From Synechocystis sp. PCC 6803 substr. PCC-P (GTDB lineage Bacteria > Cyanobacteriota > Cyanobacteriia > Cyanobacteriales > Microcystaceae), in contig NC_017039.1 of assembly GCF_000284455.1 (NCBI RefSeq), positions 150,001-182,000 of the forward strand: a stretch of DNA of 32,000 nucleotides. Direction: 5' to 3'. Under the pieces are notes generated by a model. The model was not told the DNA's origin. It made no database searches and saw only the letters and a list, made by a program, of their open reading frames with translations. Of this stretch, positions 18,153-29,733 are shown one piece after another (position 1 is the stretch's first letter; each line of letters begins with the position of its first letter). The translations under genes and the position numbers were made by a program.

Positions 18153-18288
18153 AGAAAACTTTGTGGTTTTTCAAGCAAGTTCGCTGCTGACTTCTATGGT
18201 GCTGTGGATACTGGATTCTGTAAAATGTCAATATCTAAATAAAAAAATTAGTTTTTCTTATAACTAAAGTTTTAATTAATCAGTCAAC
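18153..18288 (-). promoter_or_regulatory. flv4 operon 5' leader / promoter region (AT-rich block)
   Basis: It lies immediately upstream of the flv4 ATG. Positions 18221-18280 contain only 7 G/C in 60 nt, the most AT-rich stretch I saw in the window. No specific operator motif could be assigned with confidence. Confidence 0.4.
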
Positions 18289-18532
18289 TTAATCTATCGA
18301 GAGGGCTCTATGGCTTGGGTTAATATCGGCGGAGCCCATTGAGGCCAGTGAATGGAAGATGCCTTTTTTGGTGGCTCCATCTTGCCCACGAACTAGATTT
18401 TTCTTGCTAGGATTGGGCTTAAATGGTTTAGTCCCCCGTTTTTGGGAAGGAATTTTGCCCTCCGCCATGCCAGTGGCCCATTGCATCGGACTTGACTATT
18501 TGTCTGCCTCCCTTTGACCTACCCTGCCTTCC

Positions 18533-19921
18533 ATGAGTCCCCATTTGCTTTGTCTTCGTCCTTTGGTTGCCGCTTTAGTCTTCGGTTTGGGTTTGGGCAC
18601 TGCCCTCAGGCCCGCCCTCAGCGCTCCCAACGTGATCAACCCCGATAGTCCTACGTTGGCGACTCCCAAGGACAAAGATAGTGGTGTATCCGATAACGTT
18701 ACCCTCCTGGAAAATAGTCCCAAGGCAGTGGTGGATGAGGTATGGCAGTTAGTCAATCAGCAATTTGTTGATAAGGACTTTAACCATTCCAACTGGTTGT
18801 CCAAACGCCAGGAATTATTAGGGCGCAATTACCAGGATAATGCTGAGGCTTACCGACAAATTGGGCGCATATTGAAGGATTTGAATGACCCCTATACCCG
18901 TTTTCTGTCTCCGGAGGAATTTGCCATCCTCAGCAGTCAAACATCAGGGGAAGCTTCCGGGGTAGGAATCCGGGTGTTGATGGATAAACGTAGTAGTGAT
19001 TTGGTGGTGGTGGATGTGATGCGGGGCACCCCGGCTTTGAAAGCAGGCATTCGCCCTGGCGATCGCATTGTGCGCATCAATGGCCAACCGGCGGCTTTGA
19101 TGTCCTTGGAGCAAGCCACAGAGGCAATTCAAGGGGAGATTGGCACCGAATTGAGCCTGCAACTTTCCCGCCCCAAAAGCGGTGTTTTCAGTGTCACCCT
19201 CAAACGAGAAAATATCGAAATTGATTCTGTGACCTATAACGTCAAGGAAGAAGGGGAATTACGGGTGGGCTACATCCGCCTGGATGAATTTAGCTCCCAT
19301 TCCGCTGAGCAGATGGAAAAGGCCATTACGGAACTCAATAAAAGTCGCATTAGCGGCTATGTGCTAGACCTACGGGGTAACCCAGGGGGCTTGTTACTTT
19401 CCAGCATTGACATTGCCCGTCTGTGGCTCAACCGGGGGGAAATCGTCAGTACTATTGACCGGCGGGGAGGCGATCGCCATTTTTCAGCCAACGGCAGAAG
19501 TCTCACGGATTTACCCTTAGTGGTGTTGGTTAATGAGCGGTCCGCCAGTGCCAGTGAAATTTTGGCCGGGGCATTGAAAGAACAGGGAAGGGCCACGGTG
19601 GTGGGTACTGCTACCTATGGGAAAGGTACGGTGCAATCGGTTAACACTTTGTCCGACGGCTCCGGTTTGGCGGTTACCATTGCTCGTTACTATCCCCCCA
19701 GTGGCACCGACATTAATCGAAAAGGCATCAGTCCCGACATTCATTTGGATATTTCCAACGATACCAAGCTACAGTTTCGTAACGACCCAGAATTAATGGC
19801 CACGGAGATTGATCCGCAGTATCAGCGGGCTATTAGTGTGTTGCGCCAACATCGCCATAGCCTGGGGCTGCCGCCGGCCAAAGACCTGGGCATAGGGTTA
19901 TTGGAGCCCAGTCAACTTTAA
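18533..19921 (+). CDS. ctpB: Carboxyl-terminal processing protease (S41 family, PDZ domain)
   Basis: It has a signal peptide and a PDZ segment (GVGIRV...VVDVMRGTPALKAGIRPGDRIVRING). The S41 catalytic region shows GLLLS..., ERSASASEI and YGKGTVQ. The gene symbol comes from my recollection of the Synechocystis locus next to flv4. Confidence 0.85.
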   Translation: MSPHLLCLRPLVAALVFGLGLGTALRPALSAPNVINPDSPTLATPKDKDSGVSDNVTLLENSPKAVVDEVWQLVNQQFVDKDFNHSNWLSKRQELLGRNYQDNAEAYRQIGRILKDLNDPYTRFLSPEEFAILSSQTSGEASGVGIRVLMDKRSSDLVVVDVMRGTPALKAGIRPGDRIVRINGQPAALMSLEQATEAIQGEIGTELSLQLSRPKSGVFSVTLKRENIEIDSVTYNVKEEGELRVGYIRLDEFSSHSAEQMEKAITELNKSRISGYVLDLRGNPGGLLLSSIDIARLWLNRGEIVSTIDRRGGDRHFSANGRSLTDLPLVVLVNERSASASEILAGALKEQGRATVVGTATYGKGTVQSVNTLSDGSGLAVTIARYYPPSGTDINRKGISPDIHLDISNDTKLQFRNDPELMATEIDPQYQRAISVLRQHRHSLGLPPAKDLGIGLLEPSQL

Positions 19922-19933
19922 TCAAATTCCGCA

Positions 19934-20566
19934 CTAAAACAAATCTCGCAGGGTTTCCCAACCCAGCCCTTCCCGCACCACTTTGGGTTCTTTGTCGGTG
20001 AAATCAATAATGCTGGAAGTTTGATAGCCCGGCTCCCGGTCATCGTCAATGATGATGTCCACCAATTTGTCAAATAGGTCAAACAGTTTCGCCTTTTCCG
20101 CCATAACAAACTCATCTTGATCCGGCAAATGGGCAGAGGTGGAGATGATCGGATTGCCCAGGCTTTGCAGAATTTCTTGGCAAATAGGGCGATCGGGCAC
20201 CCTTATGCCGGTGGTTTTTCGCTTCGGCTCCACCACTAGCTTGGGCACTTGCTTGGTGGCCGGAAGAAGAAAAGTATAGGGTCCAGGTATTAACTTACGC
20301 ATGAGTCGATAGGCATCGTCCGCCACCACTGCATATTCCGCAATGTTAGACAGGGACGAACACAAAAACGTTAACGGTTTATTATTGGAGAGTTGCTTCA
20401 GTTGTCTAACCCGTTGAACGGCATTTTTATCGTTGAGGTCACAACCGATGGCATAGACCGTGTCGGTGGGGTAAAGCATAATTGCCCCCTGGCGGAGACT
20501 TTTGCAAATCATTTCCACAGTGCGTTGTTGGGGGGTTTCGGGGTGAAGATTATAAAAGGTGGCCAT
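19934..20566 (-). CDS. yciO: YrdC/Sua5-superfamily protein of the YciO type
   Basis: 210 aa. It is colinear with E. coli YciO as I remember it (FY..HP..PQQR...YPTDTVYAIGC...DKNA..R.RQL......TFLC...PG.YTF.L...KTTG.RVP...VVREG.G). The TsaC K-x-R motif position reads K-Q-L. Confidence 0.75.
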   Translation of the reverse strand: MATFYNLHPETPQQRTVEMICKSLRQGAIMLYPTDTVYAIGCDLNDKNAVQRVRQLKQLSNNKPLTFLCSSLSNIAEYAVVADDAYRLMRKLIPGPYTFLLPATKQVPKLVVEPKRKTTGIRVPDRPICQEILQSLGNPIISTSAHLPDQDEFVMAEKAKLFDLFDKLVDIIIDDDREPGYQTSSIIDFTDKEPKVVREGLGWETLRDLF

Positions 20567-20571
20567 TTTTT

Positions 20572-21840
20572 ATGGGTTTGATTGCCTATTTTGACTGTCC
20601 CACAGGGATTTCTGGTGATATGTGCCTGGGGGCTTTGGTGTCGGCGGGGGTTCCCCTAGAATACCTGATGGAGAAACTGGCTCCGTTGGGTTTAACAGAT
20701 GAATATCGCTTGACGGCGGGTCTGGTGCAAAAACAAGGTCAGGCCGCCACCAAGGTAGAAGTAAAACTCCTTAATGACCACCACTCCCACGGCCCTGGTC
20801 ACCATGGAATGCGTCATCTACCAGAAATAGAACAGTTAATCAAACAGGCTAATTTACCTGCTCGGGTCAGTCGCTGGAGTTTGGCCATTTTCCATCAACT
20901 GGCGATCGCCGAAGGGGAAGTCCACGGCATTGAGCCAGAGGCAGTACATTTCCATGAAGTAGGGGCCACCGATGCCATTGTGGACATTGTGGGTACCTGT
21001 TTGGGGCTGGATTATCTAGGGATCGATCAATGTTACTGGTCTGCTTTGCCCACGGGCAGTGGTACGGTGCGGGCCGCCCATGGGGATTTACCGGTTCCAG
21101 TCCCGGCGGTATTAAAACTTTGGCAAACTCGCCAAGTACCAGTTTACGACAATGGTTTGACGGGGGAATTGGTTACTCCCACCGGAGCGGCGATCGCCGT
21201 TACCCTAGCTAGCCAATTTGGCCCTAAACCCCCATTGAATCTGCACAAAGTCGGGCTGGGCGCAGGGAGTAAAGACTTCCCATTGGCCAATATTCTCCGG
21301 CTCTGGATCGGAACAGAAATTACGCCCCACAATCACCCCCTATCTTCGGAAGCTCCCTTTGGTCAACTGGAAACCATCACTGTACTAGAAACCCAATTGG
21401 ATGACATCCAACCCCAGGCAGTGGGTTATCTGCTGGAAAGTTTGCTACACCAAGGGGCGATCGATGTTTTTACCCAGGCGATCGCCATGAAAAAATCCCG
21501 CCCTGGCATTTTACTCACTGTCCTCTGTGCGCCAGAAAATCAAAATCACTGCCTCAATTTACTGTTCCGGGAAACCACTAGCCTTGGTGTGCGGGTGCGC
21601 CAACAACAACGCTACGCCCTAGAGCGGGAATGGCAAACCGTAGTTATTCCCCATGGTCCCATCCGCATAAAAGTAGCCTACGGTTATCAAGCCGGTAAAA
21701 AAATTATTCTCAATGCCCACCCAGAATTTGCCGACTGTGCCGCCCTTGCTAAAGCCACCGGCCAACCCTGGCAGTTGATTCACCAACAGGCGATCGGCGC
21801 TTGGTCAAATCTCAACAAAGAATTGTCACCTGAATCTTAA
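20572..21840 (+). CDS. larC: LarC-family (DUF111) nickel-insertion protein
   Basis: I place the start at ATG 20572 (MGLIAYFDCPTGISGDMCLGALV..., the typical LarC N-terminus), giving 422 aa. The track ORF begins at an upstream TTG. A His-rich stretch DHHSHGPGHHGMRH lies at 20776-20817. Confidence 0.8.
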   Translation: MGLIAYFDCPTGISGDMCLGALVSAGVPLEYLMEKLAPLGLTDEYRLTAGLVQKQGQAATKVEVKLLNDHHSHGPGHHGMRHLPEIEQLIKQANLPARVSRWSLAIFHQLAIAEGEVHGIEPEAVHFHEVGATDAIVDIVGTCLGLDYLGIDQCYWSALPTGSGTVRAAHGDLPVPVPAVLKLWQTRQVPVYDNGLTGELVTPTGAAIAVTLASQFGPKPPLNLHKVGLGAGSKDFPLANILRLWIGTEITPHNHPLSSEAPFGQLETITVLETQLDDIQPQAVGYLLESLLHQGAIDVFTQAIAMKKSRPGILLTVLCAPENQNHCLNLLFRETTSLGVRVRQQQRYALEREWQTVVIPHGPIRIKVAYGYQAGKKIILNAHPEFADCAALAKATGQPWQLIHQQAIGAWSNLNKELSPES

Positions 21841-21885
21841 TATCAGTATGTCCGAAGCGTTAGAGAGGCATGAAGGCCCTGAAGT

Positions 21886-21914
21886 AAAAAACTCCCGCTA
21901 GTTCAAGCAGGAGT
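21886..21914 (-). terminator. Intrinsic terminator of the ATP synthase operon
   Basis: On the minus strand, ACTCCTGC-TTGAACTA-GCGGGAGT forms an 8-bp stem with one mismatch, followed by T5 (A5 at 21886-21890 on the plus strand). It lies about 25 nt downstream of the atpC stop. Confidence 0.6.
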
Positions 21915-21938
21915 GCAACGAAAAGATCACTAAATGGG

Positions 21939-22883
21939 TTAGAGGGAATTAGCCCCTGCTACCACTTCCAACAATTCTTGGGTAATGGCCGCCTGCCGGG
22001 CTTTGTTATAGGACAGGGTCAAAGTCCCGATCAACTGTCCAGCGTTGTCACTGGCATTACTCATGGCTGTCATTCGAGCCGCCAACTCACTGGCGGCGGA
22101 TTCCTGCAAAGCCCGCAATAACTGGTTGGTGTTGTACAGGGGCAACAGCGCTTCCAGAATTTGCACTGGATCCTGTTCAAAAATCATATCTTGAGGAAAA
22201 CTTTCCACCGGAGCTTCCACTTTTTCCCGTTCCACTTGGAATTTGCCACCCCTGGTAATCAGGCGAAAAATCTCGTCATCAGGGGCTTCCAATCCTTGGG
22301 GAGAGAGGGGGAACAGGGTTTGTACAACAGGTTGGGAGCTAATTAGGGAGACAAACCGAGTGTAAATTAATTCCACCCGATCCACCGTTTCAGATACGAA
22401 TAGAGCCACTAGGGAATCGGCAATCTGAGCCGCTTCGGATGCATTGGGAATTTGCTCCAAATTGGCATAGCTGGCGGCTACATCATAGTCCCGCCGGCCA
22501 AAATATTGCTTGGCTTTACTGCCCACCAGTACCAGCTTGACGGCAATGCCTTGGTTTTTTAATTCCTTGGCCCGTTGCTCAGCCCGCTTAATTGCGTTGA
22601 CGTTATAACCACCGCACAAACCCCGATCGCCGGTGACCACCAGAAGGGCTACCGCTTTAGGTTCCCGCTGTTCAAACAAAGGTAATTCGGTTTCCGCAAA
22701 GGAAAGACGATTTTGTAGGTTATAAAGGACCTGGGCTAAAGCATCGGCAAACGGACGGGTAGAAAGCACCTGTTCCTGGGCACGGCGCACCTTAGCGGCC
22801 GCCACCAGACGCATCGCTTCAGTAATTTTTTTTGTATTTTTGACCGACTGAATCCGGTCACGAATCGCTTTAAGGTTAGGCAT
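21939..22883 (-). CDS. atpC: ATP synthase F1 gamma subunit
   Basis: 314 aa: [36 protein letters not shown]... ending ...[15 protein letters not shown]. It has the cyanobacterial-type insertion without the chloroplast regulatory Cys pair. Cyanobacterial naming is used (E. coli atpG). Confidence 0.95.
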   Translation of the reverse strand: MPNLKAIRDRIQSVKNTKKITEAMRLVAAAKVRRAQEQVLSTRPFADALAQVLYNLQNRLSFAETELPLFEQREPKAVALLVVTGDRGLCGGYNVNAIKRAEQRAKELKNQGIAVKLVLVGSKAKQYFGRRDYDVAASYANLEQIPNASEAAQIADSLVALFVSETVDRVELIYTRFVSLISSQPVVQTLFPLSPQGLEAPDDEIFRLITRGGKFQVEREKVEAPVESFPQDMIFEQDPVQILEALLPLYNTNQLLRALQESAASELAARMTAMSNASDNAGQLIGTLTLSYNKARQAAITQELLEVVAGANSL

Positions 22884-23013
22884 AGGACGTTACACCCGTT
22901 AAATTTATCTTTTTTAATGTTCTGGAGCCTAAATATGAGTCCCTAAAACCAGGGGCGGGGAAAAGTAGAGCTTAGCCCTAGCCCTTTCCCCAACTCACCG
23001 ACTTGGGCATTGA

Positions 23014-24573
<1,560 letters not shown>

Positions 24574-24585
24574 CTAAATTAACTG

Positions 24586-25143
24586 CTAGAGGGCGGTCCC
24601 AAGACTTAAACCCACCCGGCGGAGTTGACCCCGTAAACTGGAATCAAACACCTGGGAACCCACTTTGATGACAATGCCACCGAGGATGTCGCCGTCTACT
24701 TTGGTTTCTAGTTCCACCGCCTGGGCCCCGGTGAGTTGCTTAACTCTTTCCTTCACCTGATCCTTTTGGGCATCGGTGAGTTTGAGGGCGGAGGTGACCT
24801 CTGCCAAGACCGTATTGGTGAACTGCCGCAACAGGGCGAGGTACTGCTCACAAATGGCTTCGAGGAAAACAATCCGGCGTTTATCCACCAACAACATTAA
24901 GAAGTTGAGAAGATAGCCATTGCCCCCGTCCCCCAGCACGGAGCGGAGCACGGATTTTTTATCTTCGTCCTTGACTACGGGGCTAGAAAGCACCGCCGAC
25001 AGATCGGGAGAATCTTGGAGCAGGGTCAACAGAGAGCGCAAGTTGTCCCCGAAAACTTCAGTTAAATTCTGCTGTTGGGCCAATCCTATCAACGCCTGGG
25101 CGTAGGGTTCAGCAATCTTACTACTGTATAAGGAACCTTTCAT
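24586..25143 (-). CDS. atpD: ATP synthase F1 delta subunit (OSCP)
   Basis: 185 aa of OSCP/delta pattern (IAEPYAQAL...; C-terminal GG.V.KVG..V.D.S.RGQL). Its ATG shares one base with the atpF stop (TAATG at 25141-25145). Confidence 0.9.
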   Translation of the reverse strand: MKGSLYSSKIAEPYAQALIGLAQQQNLTEVFGDNLRSLLTLLQDSPDLSAVLSSPVVKDEDKKSVLRSVLGDGGNGYLLNFLMLLVDKRRIVFLEAICEQYLALLRQFTNTVLAEVTSALKLTDAQKDQVKERVKQLTGAQAVELETKVDGDILGGIVIKVGSQVFDSSLRGQLRRVGLSLGTAL

Positions 25144-25682
25144 TAGCGACCTCCCAATTGGGCAATACTGCGTTCGATTAACCGATCCTGGGTGTCTTCA
25201 TTCAGGCGATCGCGCAGGTCAGCTTCAGCCTTGGCCACAGCCTGTTCGGCAATACGACGCTTGAGTTCAGCAATCACCCGTTCCTGCTCAGCTCCCAAAT
25301 CCTGGGCCGCTGCTTCCTGCATCCGCCGCAGATCCGCTTCCGTCTGGGTCGCAATTTCTTGTTTAGCCACCTCTGCCCGTTGCCCAGCTTCTTGGACAAT
25401 GCGGGCCGCTTCGGCTTTGGCTTGGGCTAGCTTTTTCTCTTCCTCCGCTAAAATCTGAGCAGATTTACGTTGGCGAGTTTCCGCTTCTTCAATGGCATCA
25501 GCAATTTTTTGGCGGCGATCGCCAAGGATTTTACCCAAGGTTTTCGGCGCATAGTAAATAATAATTCCCAGCAAAATGGCCAGGTTAAAGAGGTTGGCTT
25601 CCAGAAAATCTAAATTGATTCCAAACCCCCCTTCCCCCGCCTCATGGGCTTCGGCCGCTAGGATGAACAAGGTATTAAGCAT
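25143..25682 (-). CDS. atpF: ATP synthase F0 subunit b
   Basis: 179 aa with a single N-terminal TM followed by a long Ala/Glu/Gln/Arg-rich helix. It occupies the b position in the operon. Confidence 0.88.
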   Translation of the reverse strand: MLNTLFILAAEAHEAGEGGFGINLDFLEANLFNLAILLGIIIYYAPKTLGKILGDRRQKIADAIEEAETRQRKSAQILAEEEKKLAQAKAEAARIVQEAGQRAEVAKQEIATQTEADLRRMQEAAAQDLGAEQERVIAELKRRIAEQAVAKAEADLRDRLNEDTQDRLIERSIAQLGGR

Positions 25683-25707
25683 AATGGCAACTAGATCTAT
25701 AGGGCAC

Positions 25708-26139
25708 TTATTTAATCAATTCAGGGCCTAACAATTTGTGCAAAATCTGATTACTCAGGGCCGCCACCTCCTGTTCTAAAGAACTCAGAGCCGACTGCCG
25801 TTGGGCCTCAATTTCTTGCGCCGCCGTTTCCTTTTGCCGTTGGGATTCCCGTTGGGCCTCCGCAATCTTTTCCGCCGCCAAGCGCCTAGCTTCAGCTTGG
25901 GCATCAGCGATCACAGCTTGGGACTGCCGACGGGCATCGGTAATCTGTTGCTCATACTCCTGGGTAATCGCCTTGGCCTTGGCTAACCGCTCCCGGGCAT
26001 CCTCTTCATTGGTGCGAATGTAATCAGCCCGCTCATCCAAAACCTTATTCATTGGCTTGTAGAAAATAGCATTGAGCAGGAACGCGAGAACCACGAACTG
26101 CAATGCCATCAGGGGCAGGGTGGCATCAAAATCAAACAT
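25708..26139 (-). CDS. atpG: ATP synthase F0 subunit b'
   Basis: 143 aa. [29 protein letters not shown] is the typical b' N-terminus, followed by a charged helix. Confidence 0.85.
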   Translation of the reverse strand: MFDFDATLPLMALQFVVLAFLLNAIFYKPMNKVLDERADYIRTNEEDARERLAKAKAITQEYEQQITDARRQSQAVIADAQAEARRLAAEKIAEAQRESQRQKETAAQEIEAQRQSALSSLEQEVAALSNQILHKLLGPELIK

Positions 26140-26160
26140 TGTTTTACAAAAACTAGGTCA

Positions 26161-26238
26161 GGGATTAGCGGAATAATCCCCACAAACCCAACGCATAGCG
26201 GATTGGCGGGGGGAGGAGACGCGATCAACTCACGTCTC
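26161..26238 (-). promoter_or_regulatory. Two RNA stem-loops in the atpH-atpG spacer
   Basis: GAGACG/CGTCTC (26216-26221 / 26233-26238) forms a 6-bp stem with an 11-nt loop. GGGATTA/TAATCCC (26161-26167 / 26174-26180) forms a 7-bp stem with a 6-nt loop; on the mRNA strand the latter is followed by ...TAGTTTTTG. Both are perfect inverted repeats. Confidence 0.45.
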
Positions 26239-26255
26239 GGGCTACGAATCCTTCC

Positions 26256-26513
<258 letters not shown>

Positions 26514-26692
26514 TTAGCTAACAAAACGACAGTAAAGTTTAGGATTTTTGGAGTGAACTTTCGCCAGATTCAAAACATCTCTGGGAAAAGGGCAACTCCT
26601 GGGGTGAGCATTGGCCAAGGTAAGCATCGGTTAGGAGAGATCAACCGCAAGGGGTCAAACCACCATGGCCGCAGATATCTTACACCGGAGGG

Positions 26693-27523
26693 CTAATGCT
26701 CTTCACCTTCAGACTCGATCGCCTCATGGATATAGGCTCCGGCTAAAGTGGCAAACACCAAGGCCTGGATTGCACTGGTGAACAATCCCAATGCCATCAG
26801 GGGTAAAGGTACAAGTAAAGGGACCAGCAGTACAAGCACTGCCACCACCAACTCGTCCGCAAGGATGTTACCAAATAAACGGAAGCTCAGGGAAAGGGGC
26901 TTCGTGAAGTCTTCTAAAATCTTGATGGGTAAGAGAACGGGAATGGGTTGCACGTAGTTGGCGAAATAGCCCAACCCCTTCTTACGGAGACCTGCATAGA
27001 AGTAGGCCAAGGAGGTAAGCAACGCCAGGGCAACAGTTGTATTGATATCATTGGTGGGGGCTGCCAATTCAGCTCCGTCGGGGATGTGAATTAGCTTCCA
27101 AGGCAAGAGGGCCCCGGACCAGTTAGATACAAAAATAAACAGAAACAATGTGCCGATAAACGGTAGCCAAGGACGGTATTCCTTTTCCCCCAATTGGTTC
27201 CGTGCCAGATCCCGGAGGAACTCCAGCACGTATTCCATGAGGTTTTGGATGCCGCTGGGAACCCGTTGCACATTTCGCGTAGCCGCGAGGGAAGCAATTA
27301 CCAGCAATAAAATGACAAACCAAGAGGTTGCAAATGTTTGCCCGTGTAATTTGAGGTTCCCAATTTCCCAATACCACTGCTGACCCACTTCCAGGGCAGC
27401 TAGAGGAAACAAATTTAAAACACTCAAACCAGCTAACATTGTTATTCGGTGAGATTGACGGGGTAAAGAGGAAAGCTGTTGGCCCTCAACAAACCTGAGC
27501 AACCAGGAGAGGCTCCCTTGCAT
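26693..27523 (-). CDS. atpI: ATP synthase F0 subunit a
   Basis: 276 aa, polytopic. The conserved [13 protein letters not shown] carries the essential Arg. Confidence 0.93.
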   Translation of the reverse strand: MQGSLSWLLRFVEGQQLSSLPRQSHRITMLAGLSVLNLFPLAALEVGQQWYWEIGNLKLHGQTFATSWFVILLLVIASLAATRNVQRVPSGIQNLMEYVLEFLRDLARNQLGEKEYRPWLPFIGTLFLFIFVSNWSGALLPWKLIHIPDGAELAAPTNDINTTVALALLTSLAYFYAGLRKKGLGYFANYVQPIPVLLPIKILEDFTKPLSLSFRLFGNILADELVVAVLVLLVPLLVPLPLMALGLFTSAIQALVFATLAGAYIHEAIESEGEEH

Positions 27524-27591
27524 AAACTAGGAGGTACTGTCCTGGGGCCAAGCCAGTCCATAGCCCAGACCTTTCTTCAACCTCTCATCGT

Positions 27592-28110
<519 letters not shown>

Positions 28111-28236
28111 CTAAGCCAGAAGCGATCATATCACGCTGTCGCAACGGATTCTTAGTTTTTTGTTTTTTGCCTAGACCCCCAACAAGGACGGCAATCCCCC
28201 TGGCGATCGCCAAAGAAAATTGCCAAGATCACCTAG

Positions 28237-29682
28237 GTGGCTGATTCTGATCATTATCCAAGGCCTACCAGTTGCCCCTATCCCGTCCAGCGTTTTTTCC
28301 CAGCGGCTATGGTTCTTCCCCCCAATTCTCCCCAGCCCGAGGTCAACGAAGCCAAAAATCCAGACGAAATTGACCAGGAAATTATTACCCATCCCAATCC
28401 CTCCCTAGCCCCGTCCGAACAATCAGAGCAAACTTGGCCAATCCATACCTGGTGGCAAAGTACTCGTCAGCATTTCCAAAATCTCCTTCCCCTGAAATAT
28501 TGGAAAAAAAAGCTTCTGGACCGCCTCTGGGTGGATGAAGCCGAAATTGCCGACATCTTGACCCAATTGCGCCGGGAATTACCCACCACGGAAGCCCTAC
28601 TGATCGGTAAACCCCAATCCGGGAAAAGCTCCCTGGTGCGGGGATTAACTGGGGCCTCCGCCGCCATTGTCGGCCAGGGTTTCCAGCCCCATACCCAAAA
28701 TACGGCCCGCTATGCCTATCCTTCCCCCGAACTTCCCCTATTAGTTTTCACCGACACCGTTGGCTTAGGAGATTTGGGCCACGACACCCAATCCCTAATC
28801 GAGGAGCTCAAGGTGGAGTTGGCGGCCCCGGGGGAAGTTAATCCAGCGACGAAAATTTTACTGCTCACGGTCAAAATTACCGATTTTGCCACCGACACTC
28901 TCCAGCAAATTATTCAGGATTTAAAAACTGCCTATCCGCAAATTCCCTGCCTGTTGGTGGTGACCTGTCTCCATGAAATTTATCCCCACCCAAGGGATGA
29001 CCATCCGCCTTATCCCCCCGACCAACCAGAAATAGAACGGGCTTTTGCGGCCATTACCAGCAATTTTGCTCCCTGGGTTGACGGAGCCGTGATGGTGGAT
29101 TTTACCAGGGAAGAAGATGGCTATAACCCTGAGTTCTATGGTCTAACGACCCTGCGCGATCGCCTGGCGGAGAGATTACCTAAAGCAGAAGCTCAAACCC
29201 TCCATCAACTTTTGGATGGGGAAACGGGTAAACGACTGGGGAACATTTACCGGGATGTGGCCCGCCGGTATATTTTGGCCTTTTCTATCATGGCGGCAAC
29301 CCTGGCCGCAGTGCCTCTCCCCTTTGCAACGATGCCAGTGTTGACGGCGCTCCAAGTTTCCTTGGTGGGACTGCTGGGCAAACTGTACGGCCAAGTGTTA
29401 ACCCCTTCCCAGGCAGGGGGAGTGGTCAGTGCCATTGCGGGGGGATTTTTGGCACAAGCAGTGGGGCGAGAACTGATCAAATTTGTGCCGGGATTTGGTT
29501 CCGTGGTGGCGGCATCCTGGGCGGCAGCCTATACCTGGTCTTTGGGGGAGGGAGCCTGCGTCTATTTTGGCGATTTGATGGGGGGGAAAAAACCAGATCC
29601 CCAAAAGATCCAAGCGGTGATGCGAAATGCTTTCCAAGAAGCCCAAAACCGATTTAAAAATCCCCCCAGTGGCCATAATTAG
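28237..29682 (+). CDS. P-loop NTPase (GTPase-like) fused to a C-terminal DUF697-type membrane domain
   Basis: Walker A/G1 is GKPQSGKSS and G3-like is FTDTVGLGD. The C-terminal Gly/Ala-rich membrane region (VPLPFATMPVLTALQVSLVGLLGKLYG...FVPGFGSVVAASWAAAYTWSLG) resembles DUF697. The start is GTG 28237 or ATG 28309. Confidence 0.7.
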   Translation: MADSDHYPRPTSCPYPVQRFFPAAMVLPPNSPQPEVNEAKNPDEIDQEIITHPNPSLAPSEQSEQTWPIHTWWQSTRQHFQNLLPLKYWKKKLLDRLWVDEAEIADILTQLRRELPTTEALLIGKPQSGKSSLVRGLTGASAAIVGQGFQPHTQNTARYAYPSPELPLLVFTDTVGLGDLGHDTQSLIEELKVELAAPGEVNPATKILLLTVKITDFATDTLQQIIQDLKTAYPQIPCLLVVTCLHEIYPHPRDDHPPYPPDQPEIERAFAAITSNFAPWVDGAVMVDFTREEDGYNPEFYGLTTLRDRLAERLPKAEAQTLHQLLDGETGKRLGNIYRDVARRYILAFSIMAATLAAVPLPFATMPVLTALQVSLVGLLGKLYGQVLTPSQAGGVVSAIAGGFLAQAVGRELIKFVPGFGSVVAASWAAAYTWSLGEGACVYFGDLMGGKKPDPQKIQAVMRNAFQEAQNRFKNPPSGHN

Positions 29683-29733
29683 GTTAGGTTCTCCCAAGGC
29701 CATGGCCACAAAAAATTGGAGCGATCACCATCC

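Noticed and set aside
26225-26255. tRNA-like T-loop look-alike (GGGCTACGAATCC) in the atpH-atpG spacer
   Set aside because: It does not match GGTTCGAATCC, and no acceptor, anticodon or D-arm can be built around it. I found no tRNA in any intergenic region of the window.
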